Shown: positions 31,933-41,175, counted from the first letter of the stretch. The stretch is 64,000 nucleotides of DNA from Anaerolineae bacterium (GCA_003130835.1 QEXX01000120.1:23997-87996); one strand, 5' to 3'. Numbers and translations: made by a program. Notes: a model not told the origin generated them from the sequence alone.

Positions 31933-32864
31933 GTCGAGACGAATTGGGATTTCTGGACAGTCCAATTAATGGCTTAGGAATCATTAGAGCAAGGACACTT
32001 TTAGGCAACCTCCGTCTTTGGGATATACCTCGCTCCGAACAAGCTCTTCAAATGGTGATTCAAGAAATTGGGGTATCCCCTATTCCAGCACTCTACATTT
32101 TGATTGATGATCGATCTGAGAAGAAGGTTTATATTGGACAGTCGGAGGATATATCGGCGCGCTTGACGTCCCATCTCAAGTCTGCGGATCCAAAGATCAA
32201 GAATTGGCAGAGAGCCTTAATCTTAAACGATGGCAGAAATGCGTCACAGTCAGACTTAAACGATGAAAATATTCGCTTAACCCTAGAAAATTATTTGGTA
32301 TCTCTATTCAAACTTAATCGCTATCAAGTGGTCACCGCAGTAACCCGTCAGCCAAGCTTGTCCTCGTTAGAGGCAATTATTGTTGCTGCATTTCGACAAG
32401 AGATCAATATTCTTTTGTCCAATAAAGGGAGAATCTCTCGTTTCCTGAGCGGGAAAAGAGACGATGAGTTTTACCTTGACAAAGTTAGAAAAATCCTCTC
32501 TCGCAAAGGATACCAAGTCGATCAATGGGGAGAGAAGTATGCCATGGTGAATGGTAAACCGGTCATCATTCGGCCCGGCAGCCTGAAGCAAAAAGGTTGG
32601 CAGGTCACCTTTCGCGGCAGTAAGTCGCTTGCTCAACTAAAAAAAGGAGAAGGTACTCTGCTCATGCCGCGCGGCCAAATCGTTTACCTTCCTCTCCAGG
32701 AGATTGCAGACTTCATTCGCGATATTGATCCCCAAGCGTTTGAAAGAGATACCCTTGATATCTTTATTCGCTTTGAAGAAGAGCAGTTGTGGTTAGTCTA
32801 TAAAAACGGACAGAAAGATATTACACCTACAATATTTCCTTATTCCGAGAAAAAAGAAATATGA
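31929..32864 (+). CDS. GIY-YIG domain nuclease (putative restriction endonuclease partner)
   Basis: ALYILIDDRSEKKVYIGQSEDISARLTSH matches GIY-(10-11)-YIG-x-R-x3-H. The GTG start overlaps the methyltransferase stop (GTGA). Confidence 0.6.
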   Translation: MSRDELGFLDSPINGLGIIRARTLLGNLRLWDIPRSEQALQMVIQEIGVSPIPALYILIDDRSEKKVYIGQSEDISARLTSHLKSADPKIKNWQRALILNDGRNASQSDLNDENIRLTLENYLVSLFKLNRYQVVTAVTRQPSLSSLEAIIVAAFRQEINILLSNKGRISRFLSGKRDDEFYLDKVRKILSRKGYQVDQWGEKYAMVNGKPVIIRPGSLKQKGWQVTFRGSKSLAQLKKGEGTLLMPRGQIVYLPLQEIADFIRDIDPQAFERDTLDIFIRFEEEQLWLVYKNGQKDITPTIFPYSEKKEI

Positions 32865-33841
32865 AAGAATACCTGATCACCGGCGTGGCTGGCTTTATTG
32901 GGGCGCAGGTTGCCGAACGATTGCTGCGGGCGGGCAACCAAATCTATGGGGTGGATAATCTGAACGATGCCTATGATGTGCGCCTCAAAGAATATCGCCT
33001 CCAACAGCTTCAGACCTTCCCCAATTTCACCTTCGAACGCATGGATATCGGGGAAGCCGAGTCCGTGCAGCGCTTGTTCGCCAAAATGCCCGCTGAGGGC
33101 TGGCAAGCAGTGATTAATTTGGCGGCGCGTGCCGGGGTGCGTCAGTCCCTGCTCGACCCGTGGGTGTATTATCAGACCAATGTAACCGGCACGCTCAACT
33201 TGCTCGAAGCCTGTCGTCAGAACGGGGTAAAGAAATTTGTTTTGGCTTCTACATCGAGCGTCTATGGGGCAAATGCGCCTTTGCCTACTCCCGAAGAGGC
33301 ATCCAGCGATTTCCCGTTACAACCTTATGCCGCTAGCAAGAAAGCGGCCGAGGTTTTGTGTCATACTTATCACTATCTGTATGGTTTGGATGTCAGTGTG
33401 GTGCGTTATTTCACCGTTTACGGGCCGGCCGGACGACCGGATATGGTCATGTTCCGCTTTGTCCAGGGGATTCTTGAGGGCAAATCGATTACGATCTACG
33501 GCGATGGCACCCAATCGCGCGGTTTCACCTACGTAGAGGACATTGCTGAGGGCACGATTTTAGCCTTGCAACCCTTAGGATATGAGATTGTGAATTTGGG
33601 CGGACACGAGACGATCCAAATTGGCGAGTTGTTGAGCTTACTGGAGCAGTTAACCGGCCGGCGCGCTCAGGTTCATCATGCACCACCCCACCCAGCCGAT
33701 ATGTACGCCAATTGGGCGGACACGCGCAAAGCCCAAACGCTACTCGGATGGCAACCCAAAGTCGGCTTACAAGAGGGGGTGCAAAGACTGGTGGCGTGGT
33801 ATCTACAGGAGCGCGCCTGGGCAAGCCAAGTGGTCACATGA
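32861..33841 (+). CDS. NAD-dependent nucleotide-sugar epimerase/dehydratase (UDP-glucuronate 4-epimerase-like)
   Basis: GVAGFIGAQV Rossmann motif, the YAASK catalytic motif, and an extended SDR length. Confidence 0.88.
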   Translation: MKEYLITGVAGFIGAQVAERLLRAGNQIYGVDNLNDAYDVRLKEYRLQQLQTFPNFTFERMDIGEAESVQRLFAKMPAEGWQAVINLAARAGVRQSLLDPWVYYQTNVTGTLNLLEACRQNGVKKFVLASTSSVYGANAPLPTPEEASSDFPLQPYAASKKAAEVLCHTYHYLYGLDVSVVRYFTVYGPAGRPDMVMFRFVQGILEGKSITIYGDGTQSRGFTYVEDIAEGTILALQPLGYEIVNLGGHETIQIGELLSLLEQLTGRRAQVHHAPPHPADMYANWADTRKAQTLLGWQPKVGLQEGVQRLVAWYLQERAWASQVVT

Positions 33842-35211
33842 ATTCGAGTATCGCTGACCGCCTGCGCCAATGGGGGAATCGAATCCTAGCCAATCCCCTT
33901 TTGCGGCGGGTGGTGAAAAATTCTGCCTATCTTTTCAGCGCCACCGGCCTCTCGGCGGCAGTAGGCATGCTGCAGGGGATTCTCACTGCTCGCCTCTTGG
34001 GGGTAGAAACCTTTGGCATCTTGGGGGCGATCACCGTTTTCACCAGTGTGATCAACCGTTTCGCTTCTTTTCGCATGAGCGAATTGGTGGTGCGCTACGT
34101 CGGCGAATTTGAAGAACAGGGCAAACCAAAGCAAGCTGCAGCCTTGTTCAAAGGGGCGGCCGTGGTGGAAATGGGTGCCTCGCTGATCGCCTTTGCGCTC
34201 ATCTGGGCTTTGGCGCCTTTCGGCGCCCGCTGGCTGGCAAAGGACGTCCAAACGACAGCTTGGTTCACCCTCTACGGTTGGATCGTGATCGCCAACCTGA
34301 TCGCCGAATCGTCAACCGGCTTGTTGCAAATCTTCGATCGCTTTCGGCGCATGGCATGGTTGCAGGTTGCCGGCAGTTTGGTGACCTTGCTTTTCATCGG
34401 CTTTGCCTATCTCTACCGCAGCGGATTAGCGGGTGTGCTCTGGGCTTACATCTTGGGCAAGTCGCTTGGCGCGTTGGGATTCACCCTGGCTGCCCTGCGC
34501 GAGGCAAGAGCCCGCTGGGGGACTCATTGGTGGCGAACGCCGCTCAACCTGTTGCGCCCAAAGTTCGGCGAACTGGCGCGCTTTGCCATCAGCACCAACA
34601 TCAGCGCTTCGCTCAGCCTGATCAACAAAGACAGCGAGCTGTTGTGGATTTCTTTCCTGCGCAACCCGCTTGAAACGGGATATTATAAATTGGCGCTTTC
34701 GCTGATCAACATTGTGCAAATGCCGGTCAGCCCCTTGCCCCAAGCGACTTATGCCGAACTCTCGCGTGAGATGGCACGGGGCAATTGGGCTGGGGTGCGC
34801 ACCCTGCTCCGACAAGGCAGCCTGCTGGCCGGCGCTTATACCTTCGTGGCTGCCTTAGGCTTGGGATTACTGGGTAAACCGTTGATTCGTTACCTCTATA
34901 CCGAACCCTATCTGCCGGCTTACCCGGCGCTGATGATCCTGTTGGTTGGTTTTTTGGTTGCCAATACGTTCTACTGGCACCGTCCTGCCTTACTTGCTAT
35001 CGGACGGGCGGAATTCCCTGCTCAGGTCAATTTCGTCTTGGCGATTTTGAAGATCGGCGGCATCTTCTGGCTGGTGCCGAGATTTGGGTATTTAGCTAAC
35101 GCTGCCCTGCTTTCGGCTTCATATCTTCTTGGCATTAGTGTTTCGGTGGTTGTGTTCGCACTGACCCTGCGGCGGCGGGTAAGTCAATCGGTTGCTCAGA
35201 GTGCCTTATGA
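33838..35211 (+). CDS. Wzx-like polysaccharide flippase (MOP superfamily)
   Basis: About 12 hydrophobic segments. ATG 33838 forms an ATGA overlap with the epimerase stop. The 42-codon N-terminal extension in the ORF track overlaps the epimerase and is rejected. Confidence 0.8.
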   Translation: MNSSIADRLRQWGNRILANPLLRRVVKNSAYLFSATGLSAAVGMLQGILTARLLGVETFGILGAITVFTSVINRFASFRMSELVVRYVGEFEEQGKPKQAAALFKGAAVVEMGASLIAFALIWALAPFGARWLAKDVQTTAWFTLYGWIVIANLIAESSTGLLQIFDRFRRMAWLQVAGSLVTLLFIGFAYLYRSGLAGVLWAYILGKSLGALGFTLAALREARARWGTHWWRTPLNLLRPKFGELARFAISTNISASLSLINKDSELLWISFLRNPLETGYYKLALSLINIVQMPVSPLPQATYAELSREMARGNWAGVRTLLRQGSLLAGAYTFVAALGLGLLGKPLIRYLYTEPYLPAYPALMILLVGFLVANTFYWHRPALLAIGRAEFPAQVNFVLAILKIGGIFWLVPRFGYLANAALLSASYLLGISVSVVVFALTLRRRVSQSVAQSAL

Positions 35212-36371
35212 AAGTTGGCTTTGTCCTGCCTGCGTTGCAAAAACCGAGCGGCTGGCGAAGTTATGCGCTGGGGTTGATCGGCGAACTGTTGGATAAGGTC
35301 GAGGGGGTCTTATTCGTTCCGCAGGAGGAGGCCGCAGCAGCCCAACAGGAATTTCCTCACCTCGGTGTCGTTCCAATTGCGGCTACCCAAAATGCCAGTT
35401 TACAAAGCCCGAGTGGCGCCTTGCGCTTGTGGCAAACCTGGCGTTCGATCCGTTCTCTCAAGGTATCCCTGGATTTGGTGCACTCGTTGGAGGCTTACCC
35501 GACCGGCTTGGTGGGACATTGGCTCGCCAAACAGTGCCACTGCCCCCATATCCTCACTGCGCACGGCACTTATGGGGTGATTTGGATCACTTCGTTCTTC
35601 GATCGTATCCTGTATCGCCGCGTCCTAGCTTCCGCAGCCCGGTTGTGTCCGGTCTCGCAGGCAACCGCTCGGCGGATCGAGCAAACCTTTGGGCAGGCCC
35701 TAAAGCATGTCCCCATCGACGTGATTTTAAACGGCAATGCGTATTACCAACGAGTGCCCGATGAGATTGCCCAAACACGGCGCTTGCCATCTCGGCCAAC
35801 CTTGCTCAGCGTGGGGGAGGTCAAACCTCGCAAGGGGTATCATATCTCCTTGCAAGTTTTTGAGCGACTACAAAAGGAATTGCCTGAAGTGCGGTATGAC
35901 ATCGTGGGCAACTGCCCGGACAACGCCTACACCCACCGTCTGCGCGAGAGCATCCGCCAAAAGGGCTTAGCGGGCGTTCGATTGCATGGCACGGTGAGCG
36001 AGGCGGAGTTAGCGGGTTTCTATCGACAGGCTAGTCTGTTTCTGCTGACCCCACAGGAGGACGCCGGGTTGCAAAAATACGTCTTTGAAGGTTTTGGGCT
36101 GGTTTATTTGGAAGCCGGGGCGTATGGCTTGCCGGTGATTGCCAGCCGGTGTGGCGGGGTATCTGAAGCGGTGCGTCATGGTGAGACCGGTTTTGTTTTT
36201 GCCCAAGACGATGTGGATGGCATGGCACAGGCGGCCTTGCGTTTGCTGACCGACGAAGCCCTCAATCGGCGCATGGGACTGGCAAACCGCCGCTGGGCGG
36301 AGACGCTCACCTGGAAACGGTGCGCCGAGCAGTTTTGGTCAATTTATCAAAGGTGCGTGGAGGGAAAATGA
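35208..36371 (+). CDS. GT4-family glycosyltransferase
   Basis: C-terminal EGFGLVYLEAGAYGLPVIAS (E-x7-E region). ATGA overlap with the flippase gene. Confidence 0.85.
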   Translation: MKVGFVLPALQKPSGWRSYALGLIGELLDKVEGVLFVPQEEAAAAQQEFPHLGVVPIAATQNASLQSPSGALRLWQTWRSIRSLKVSLDLVHSLEAYPTGLVGHWLAKQCHCPHILTAHGTYGVIWITSFFDRILYRRVLASAARLCPVSQATARRIEQTFGQALKHVPIDVILNGNAYYQRVPDEIAQTRRLPSRPTLLSVGEVKPRKGYHISLQVFERLQKELPEVRYDIVGNCPDNAYTHRLRESIRQKGLAGVRLHGTVSEAELAGFYRQASLFLLTPQEDAGLQKYVFEGFGLVYLEAGAYGLPVIASRCGGVSEAVRHGETGFVFAQDDVDGMAQAALRLLTDEALNRRMGLANRRWAETLTWKRCAEQFWSIYQRCVEGK

Positions 36372-37729
36372 GAATCGCGGTCATTGCCCCAACCGCGTTG
36401 CCTTCCCGGCGGGCGAATGCCATTCAGACCGTCCGCATGGCGCACGCCTTTGCGCGTTTGGGGTATGAGGTGGTGTTGATCGCTTATCGCTCTGATGCTC
36501 AGATATACTCTGGGAAAAGGGAGATGCCCTCACCCCTGCGCCCTATTACAGGGGGAGAGAGGGGAAGAATCCTCCCTTCTCCCTTAGGGAGAAGGGTTAG
36601 GGATGAGGGAGAAGGTGAATTCTCATCATTGCTAGAACGAGTAGAAGGAATGCCCTCACCCCCGTCCCCTCTCCCGGGGGGAGAGGGGAGTGTGGAGTCA
36701 CCCCTTTCCCATCTCGCGAAGAGGGATGGTTGGGAGATATTGGCGCAGGAATATGGGTTAGAGACGCGGTTTGAAGTGCGATGGTTAAGGGCGCGGCATT
36801 GGGCGCGGCGTTATGATTTTTCGTTACAGGCATTATGGGAGGCATTGCGCTGGGGAGCGGATTGCCTTTTTACCCGTCTCCCCCAGGCGGCTGCTTGGGG
36901 AAGTCTTATAGGAAAAGCAACCATCTTTGAGGTGCACGATTTGCCCCGCGGGGGAGCGGCAAGATGGTTTCGCCTCTTTCTAATGGGCAAGGGAGCCAAG
37001 CGAACGGTTGCCATCTCCACAGCTCTCGCTGCAGACCTACGGGTGTTCTTCCCTGTATTGTGCAACCTGAAAGATGGATTCTTGATCACCGCGCCAGATG
37101 GTGTGGACTTGAGCCGTTATACCCCGCTGCTCTCTGTGTCACAGGCACGGCAACGATTACGTGAAAGCGGTTGGGAACTGCCGCCAGGGTTTATCGCGGG
37201 GTATACCGGGCACCTCTACCGTGGCCGCGGAGCAGAATTGATCGTTTCTCTGGCAGCCGCCGTGCCAGAAGTTCATTTCTTGATTGTGGGTGGGGATGGC
37301 GAGCAATGCCGGCAATTGGAACAGCAATTTGCTTCCCAAGCGGTAGATAATTACACTTTGACCGGCTTAGTTGCACCGCAGCAGGTGCCCTTGTTCCAGA
37401 TGGCGAGTGATGCTTTGCTGATGCCTTATCAAGCGCAAGTCGCTGCTTCATCGGGAGGCGATATTGCCCGCTATCTCAGCCCTATGAAACTTTTCGAGTA
37501 TCTTGCCAGCGCGCGTCCGATTTTGGCGAGTGATTTGCCGGTGCTGAGGGAAATCTTGAACGCCGACAACGCCGTGCTGTTACCGATGCAGGATGTGTCC
37601 GCTTGGGCGAACGCTTTGCAAGAGCTAATGCAAAATCCAGAGCAGTGGCGGAGATTGGCTGAAGCGGCGCGCCGTACTGCCGAACAACATAGCTGGGAAG
37701 AGCGGGCAGCGTCTATCCTAGCCGATTAA
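36368..37729 (+). CDS. GT4-like glycosyltransferase carrying an in-frame repeat-derived insertion
   Basis: MRIAVIAPT start with an ATGA overlap. The C-terminal half is GT-B like (GYTGHLYRGRG, MKLFEYLASARPILASD). Residues of about 52-115 are Pro/Gly/Glu low complexity encoded by DNA hairpin repeats. Confidence 0.7.
   Translation: MRIAVIAPTALPSRRANAIQTVRMAHAFARLGYEVVLIAYRSDAQIYSGKREMPSPLRPITGGERGRILPSPLGRRVRDEGEGEFSSLLERVEGMPSPPSPLPGGEGSVESPLSHLAKRDGWEILAQEYGLETRFEVRWLRARHWARRYDFSLQALWEALRWGADCLFTRLPQAAAWGSLIGKATIFEVHDLPRGGAARWFRLFLMGKGAKRTVAISTALAADLRVFFPVLCNLKDGFLITAPDGVDLSRYTPLLSVSQARQRLRESGWELPPGFIAGYTGHLYRGRGAELIVSLAAAVPEVHFLIVGGDGEQCRQLEQQFASQAVDNYTLTGLVAPQQVPLFQMASDALLMPYQAQVAASSGGDIARYLSPMKLFEYLASARPILASDLPVLREILNADNAVLLPMQDVSAWANALQELMQNPEQWRRLAEAARRTAEQHSWEERAASILAD
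36524..36700. repeat. Palindromic GC-rich repeat element inside the glycosyltransferase CDS
   Basis: Direct repeat ATGCCCTCACCCC at 36524-36536 and 36650-36662 (126 bp apart). Perfect hairpins CCCTTCTCCC-TTA-GGGAGAAGGG (36574-36596) and CCCCTCTCCC-GGG-GGGAGAGGGG (36666-36688). Confidence 0.65.
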
Positions 37730-37737
37730 ACGAAAAC

Positions 37738-38156
37738 CCAGGCCGGTCTATAAGCCGCATTCTGTCCAGCGGTGCTGCCCCATCGCGCCGCAGCGCAACT
37801 TGGCAGCCGCTTGGGTGATCATCTCTCTAAGGGCACGCGTAGCCGCGCACCTCATGCGGCCTACCCGGAACTCGGGGGAAACCCCAGGAGACGAGCAGCC
37901 TCCCCGCTTGCGCGCTTGTTCCTGCTTGGCCTTGCTCCCGACGGGGGTTACCTGGCCAACCGCATTGCTGCGGATGCCGGTGGTCTCTTACACCACCGTT
38001 TCACCCTTACCCTGCCGTTTGTGGCAAGGCGGTATGTTTCTGTGGCCCTTTCCGGCGGGTTACCCCGCCCCGGGTATTACCCGACGTCGTGCTCTCTGGA
38101 GTGCGGACTTTCCTCAGCCCTGACAAAGCAGAGCCGCGATCACCCGACCGACCTGG
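37738..38156 (-). ncRNA. rnpB: RNase P RNA, bacterial type A
   Basis: The minus strand carries GAGGAAAGTCCGCAC, ACAGAAACATACCGCC, GGGTAAGGGTGAAACGGTGGTGTAAGAGACCACC and ACAGAATGCGGCTTATAG. P1 pairs CCAGGTCGGTC (5') with GACCGGCCTGG (3'). Confidence 0.92.
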
Positions 38157-38190
38157 CACATTTTTATCTTACCGAATTTTTTAGGAAGAG

Positions 38191-39054
38191 TCAAGCGCGA
38201 TACGGCACCACATCCTGCCAGACGTAACGGGGTTGAAAGCCCAACAGCGTTTTGGCTTTGCGACAATCTAGCGGCGACATTCGTCCCCCATAACCCTCGC
38301 GGATGGTTTGCACACCGGGGTAATAGCGATTCACCAATTCAAGCGTGGGTTGTTTCATGAGCGTGTCTGGAGCAGCGATGTAGAAGGCTTCAAAGCCGGG
38401 TTGTGGGTATTCCATAGCCAGTCGGCAAGCAACTGCTGCATCACGGGCGTCAATGTAAGCCCATAGGTTGAAGTCGTTGCGGGCTTCGTCTCGCCAAGCG
38501 GCTTCCAATTCAGAGGCATAATCCTGGGGTTGTAAAATGTAGGATAAGCGCAAACTAATGATCGACATTTGTGGATCGCGGCGCACGAATCCCTTGGCTA
38601 ATTCTTCCAAGACGATCTTGGAAATCCCATACGCATCTTGGGCAAGCAGGGGATGGTCCTCGTCAATGGGTAAATAGAGCGGGGAGAATCGCCGAAACAT
38701 GAAAGGAAAACCCAAAGCGGATTCGCTGCCGGCAAGCACCACTTTTTTAACCCCTAACACGCAAGCCGCCTGTAAAACATTAAAGGTGGACATTACGTTG
38801 TTGCGGAAGACGACTTCGGCAGTATGCTCTCCGGGCCAAGGAATGGCTGCTAAGTGGATGATGGCATCTTTGTTTTCTACGACACCGAATGTTTGACCGA
38901 GGTCAGTCAGGTCAACATGGTAGGTTCGCACCAAGGGAGATGTCTTCTGGTCGGCGTTGATCACCTGATAGCCGTACTCTAAAAGGTGTTCAATCACCCA
39001 TTTGCCTGCTTTGCCGCTCCCCCCAGTTACCAACACTCGTTTTTGGGTTGACAT
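38191..39054 (-). CDS. NAD-dependent epimerase/dehydratase family (SDR) protein
   Basis: VLVTGGSGKAGK Rossmann motif and a YGISK catalytic motif. Confidence 0.85.
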   Translation of the reverse strand: MSTQKRVLVTGGSGKAGKWVIEHLLEYGYQVINADQKTSPLVRTYHVDLTDLGQTFGVVENKDAIIHLAAIPWPGEHTAEVVFRNNVMSTFNVLQAACVLGVKKVVLAGSESALGFPFMFRRFSPLYLPIDEDHPLLAQDAYGISKIVLEELAKGFVRRDPQMSIISLRLSYILQPQDYASELEAAWRDEARNDFNLWAYIDARDAAVACRLAMEYPQPGFEAFYIAAPDTLMKQPTLELVNRYYPGVQTIREGYGGRMSPLDCRKAKTLLGFQPRYVWQDVVPYRA

Positions 39055-39072
39055 GATGGTATCCTCCTAGAA

Positions 39073-39792
39073 TTAACGCTTTAGGACTACGGTATATTGG
39101 TAGCGATCGGGATGATAGACATCAAAAGCTGTTTCAATCGGCTGGTGATCCTGGTCGTACAAGGTTGACTTAAGCTTAATGGCTGCGCTGCCCACCGGCA
39201 ATTGAAGCAATTGGCTCAAGGCTTCATCAATTTGGATAGGGTAGAGGGTATGAACTGCATAAAGAAAGCGCGCCCCATATTTTTCAGTCAGCAACTGGTA
39301 GAGGGAAGTCTCCACGCTCCAGGGTTGGTCGAGCAGGTCGGGAAAGAGGCGGTTAGGCGTGTAGGAGGTCTCATGAGCAACCGGTTCGCCATTTGCTAAG
39401 CGAAGGCGCACCAGCAAGTTCACTGGCTCATCGGTGTCGATCTGCAACTCACAGGCAATGGCTTCTGGGGCTGGCACCACCTCGCGGCGCAAGATCACCC
39501 CGCCTGGCTGCATGCCACGCGCTTGCACGGATTCACTAAACGAAGCTAACGAGGAACCAATTTGCACCTTGGGCGCTGAAACAAACGTGCCTTTGCCGTG
39601 TTGTAGGGTGACCCAGCCTAAAGCCTGTAACTGGCGCAAAGCTTCACGCACCGAGCTCCTGCCCACATTAAGCTGGGCTGCCAGTTCTTCCACCGATGGC
39701 AATCGCTCCCCACTTTGATAGCGCCCTGAGCGAATGGCTTCTAGCAGCCAGTTTGAGACCTCATCGGCGATGTTTGTTCGCGCAATTTTCAT
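39073..39792 (-). CDS. GntR family transcriptional regulator, HutC/UTRA subfamily
   Basis: N-terminal winged HTH (LPSVEELAAQLNVGRSSVREALRQL) and a C-terminal UTRA-like domain. Divergent from the sugar-acid operon. Confidence 0.9.
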   Translation of the reverse strand: MKIARTNIADEVSNWLLEAIRSGRYQSGERLPSVEELAAQLNVGRSSVREALRQLQALGWVTLQHGKGTFVSAPKVQIGSSLASFSESVQARGMQPGGVILRREVVPAPEAIACELQIDTDEPVNLLVRLRLANGEPVAHETSYTPNRLFPDLLDQPWSVETSLYQLLTEKYGARFLYAVHTLYPIQIDEALSQLLQLPVGSAAIKLKSTLYDQDHQPIETAFDVYHPDRYQYTVVLKR

Positions 39793-39815
39793 AGTCCTTC
39801 CTTACCAAACCATCA

Positions 39816-39826
39816 GGTCATCAGAT
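39816..39826. promoter_or_regulatory. Candidate GntR operator, copy 1 (GTCATCAGATG)
   Basis: An identical 11-mer recurs at 39935-39945. It contains the TCATC-A-GATG(A) dyad and lies in the 5' leader of the gntR gene. Confidence 0.4.
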
Positions 39827-39899
39827 GTCTTCTTTCATTTTAGTCGCTTTCAGAGGCTATGTCAAGCCAAATAGCGCCAAAATTCGGTGGATTTTGTGC

Positions 39900-39928
39900 T
39901 TGACTGACGATAAAATCGGTGCTATACT
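39900..39928 (+). promoter_or_regulatory. Sigma-70-type promoter for the sugar-acid operon
   Basis: TTGACT (39900-39905), a 17-nt spacer, then TATACT (39923-39928), about 40 nt upstream of the 39970 ATG. Confidence 0.55.
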
Positions 39929-39934
39929 ATAATA

Positions 39935-39945
39935 GTCATCAGATG
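39935..39945. promoter_or_regulatory. Candidate GntR operator, copy 2 (GTCATCAGATG, extended dyad TCATCAGATGA)
   Basis: Sits just downstream of the -10 element, so a bound repressor would block initiation. Confidence 0.45.
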
Positions 39946-39969
39946 ATATGATGAGATATTTTCGGCGGC

Positions 39970-41175
39970 ATGAAAATCACACGCCTCTCCACGACCTTGG
40001 TTGACGCAAATTGGCGAAATTTCACTTTCGTCCAAATCTATACCGATGTCGGTTTGGTGGGGCTAGGAGAGGCAACCATCCGCTGTCGTGAACAGGCTGT
40101 GGTGGGGGCAATTGAAGATATGTCCCGCGTATTGATTGGGCAAGACCCCTTTGAGATTCAAGCTCATTGGCAAATGCTCTATCAAGATTTTCACAAGCGC
40201 GGGGGCGTGATCTTGATGGCTGCCCTCAGCGGGATCGAAATTGCCCTGTGGGATATCCTCGGTCAAGCGCTGGGTGTCCCAATTTACCAACTGCTTGGGG
40301 GGAAAGTTCGCCAACAGGTGCAGGTATACAACAACGGCTGGTTTGAAGGCTCACGCACCTTAGATGCGCTGTCTCAGGCTGCCCAACAAGCCGTCCAAGC
40401 GGGGTTCACAGCCTTGAAGTGGAATCCCTTTCATGGTGCCAATGGGTGGTTATCCCCAACACAACGAAAGCAGGTATTGGAAGAGGTCGATGTTGTCCGT
40501 CAGGCGGTTGGTGATCAGGTAGAACTGATGTTGGAGGCGCATGGTTTGTTTACACCGGCTGAAGCCGTGCGCATTGCCAATGAGCTGGCAGTGTATCGAC
40601 CTTTCTGGTTAGAAGAGCCGGTGCCACCCGAAGATGAAACCGCCATGGCTTTTGTGCGCCAGCGTTCTCCCATACCCATTGCTGCCGGAGAGCGCTTATA
40701 CGGAAAATATGAATTTTCCCGTCTGATCGAAGCACGGGCTGTCGATATTCTTCAACCAGACATCACTTATGCGGGCGGTCTCTTTGAGACGCGCTTGATC
40801 GCAGCTATGGGTGAAGCGCGCTATCTTAGCTTTGCGCCTCACAATTCTGGTAGTCCGGTCTCGACTGCCGCTGCCTTGCACCTTGCGGCTTGCACGCCCA
40901 ACTTTCTCATCCTTGAATTACCAACCAACGATGTGCCTTGGCGGCTTGAATTGGTTGAACCGGCTATCGAAATTCCGCAGCAAGGATTTTTGGAGATCCT
41001 TGAGCAACCGGGCTTAGGGGTCAAACTCAACCAAAAGATTGTCGATGCCCATCCCTATCAAAATCCCGATCGGGTTTATCTCTCGGATCGGGTTACCCCA
41101 GAGATGGAAAGCTTAAAACAGCGCCTAAAGAAACTTTCTTCTGCAGATGAGGAACGAGATGGTCTTGGGAATTAA
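39970..41175 (+). CDS. Enolase-superfamily acid-sugar dehydratase (galactonate/mannonate dehydratase-like)
   Basis: MR/MLE N- and C-terminal domains (GLGEAT, SGIEIALWDILG, metal-ligand region LEEP...GERL). Confidence 0.85.
   Translation: MKITRLSTTLVDANWRNFTFVQIYTDVGLVGLGEATIRCREQAVVGAIEDMSRVLIGQDPFEIQAHWQMLYQDFHKRGGVILMAALSGIEIALWDILGQALGVPIYQLLGGKVRQQVQVYNNGWFEGSRTLDALSQAAQQAVQAGFTALKWNPFHGANGWLSPTQRKQVLEEVDVVRQAVGDQVELMLEAHGLFTPAEAVRIANELAVYRPFWLEEPVPPEDETAMAFVRQRSPIPIAAGERLYGKYEFSRLIEARAVDILQPDITYAGGLFETRLIAAMGEARYLSFAPHNSGSPVSTAAALHLAACTPNFLILELPTNDVPWRLELVEPAIEIPQQGFLEILEQPGLGVKLNQKIVDAHPYQNPDRVYLSDRVTPEMESLKQRLKKLSSADEERDGLGN

Noticed and set aside
33712-33837. 42-codon N-terminal extension of the flippase overlapping the epimerase
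   Set aside because: It is Gly/Arg/Thr-rich with no TM character. ATG 33838 gives the ATGA coupling seen throughout this genome.
36524-36700. Pro/Gly-rich segment of the glycosyltransferase as an intein, collagen-like or signal region
   Set aside because: No intein blocks are present. The periodicity is explained by DNA-level direct repeats and perfect hairpins, so it is an inserted repeat element translated in frame.
37772-38227. Plus-strand ORFs of 151 aa and 107 aa in the gap after the glycosyltransferase
   Set aside because: They lie antisense to an unmistakable type A RNase P RNA whose conserved motifs are all present. The Arg/Pro/Gly-rich translations are typical of GC-rich non-coding sequence.
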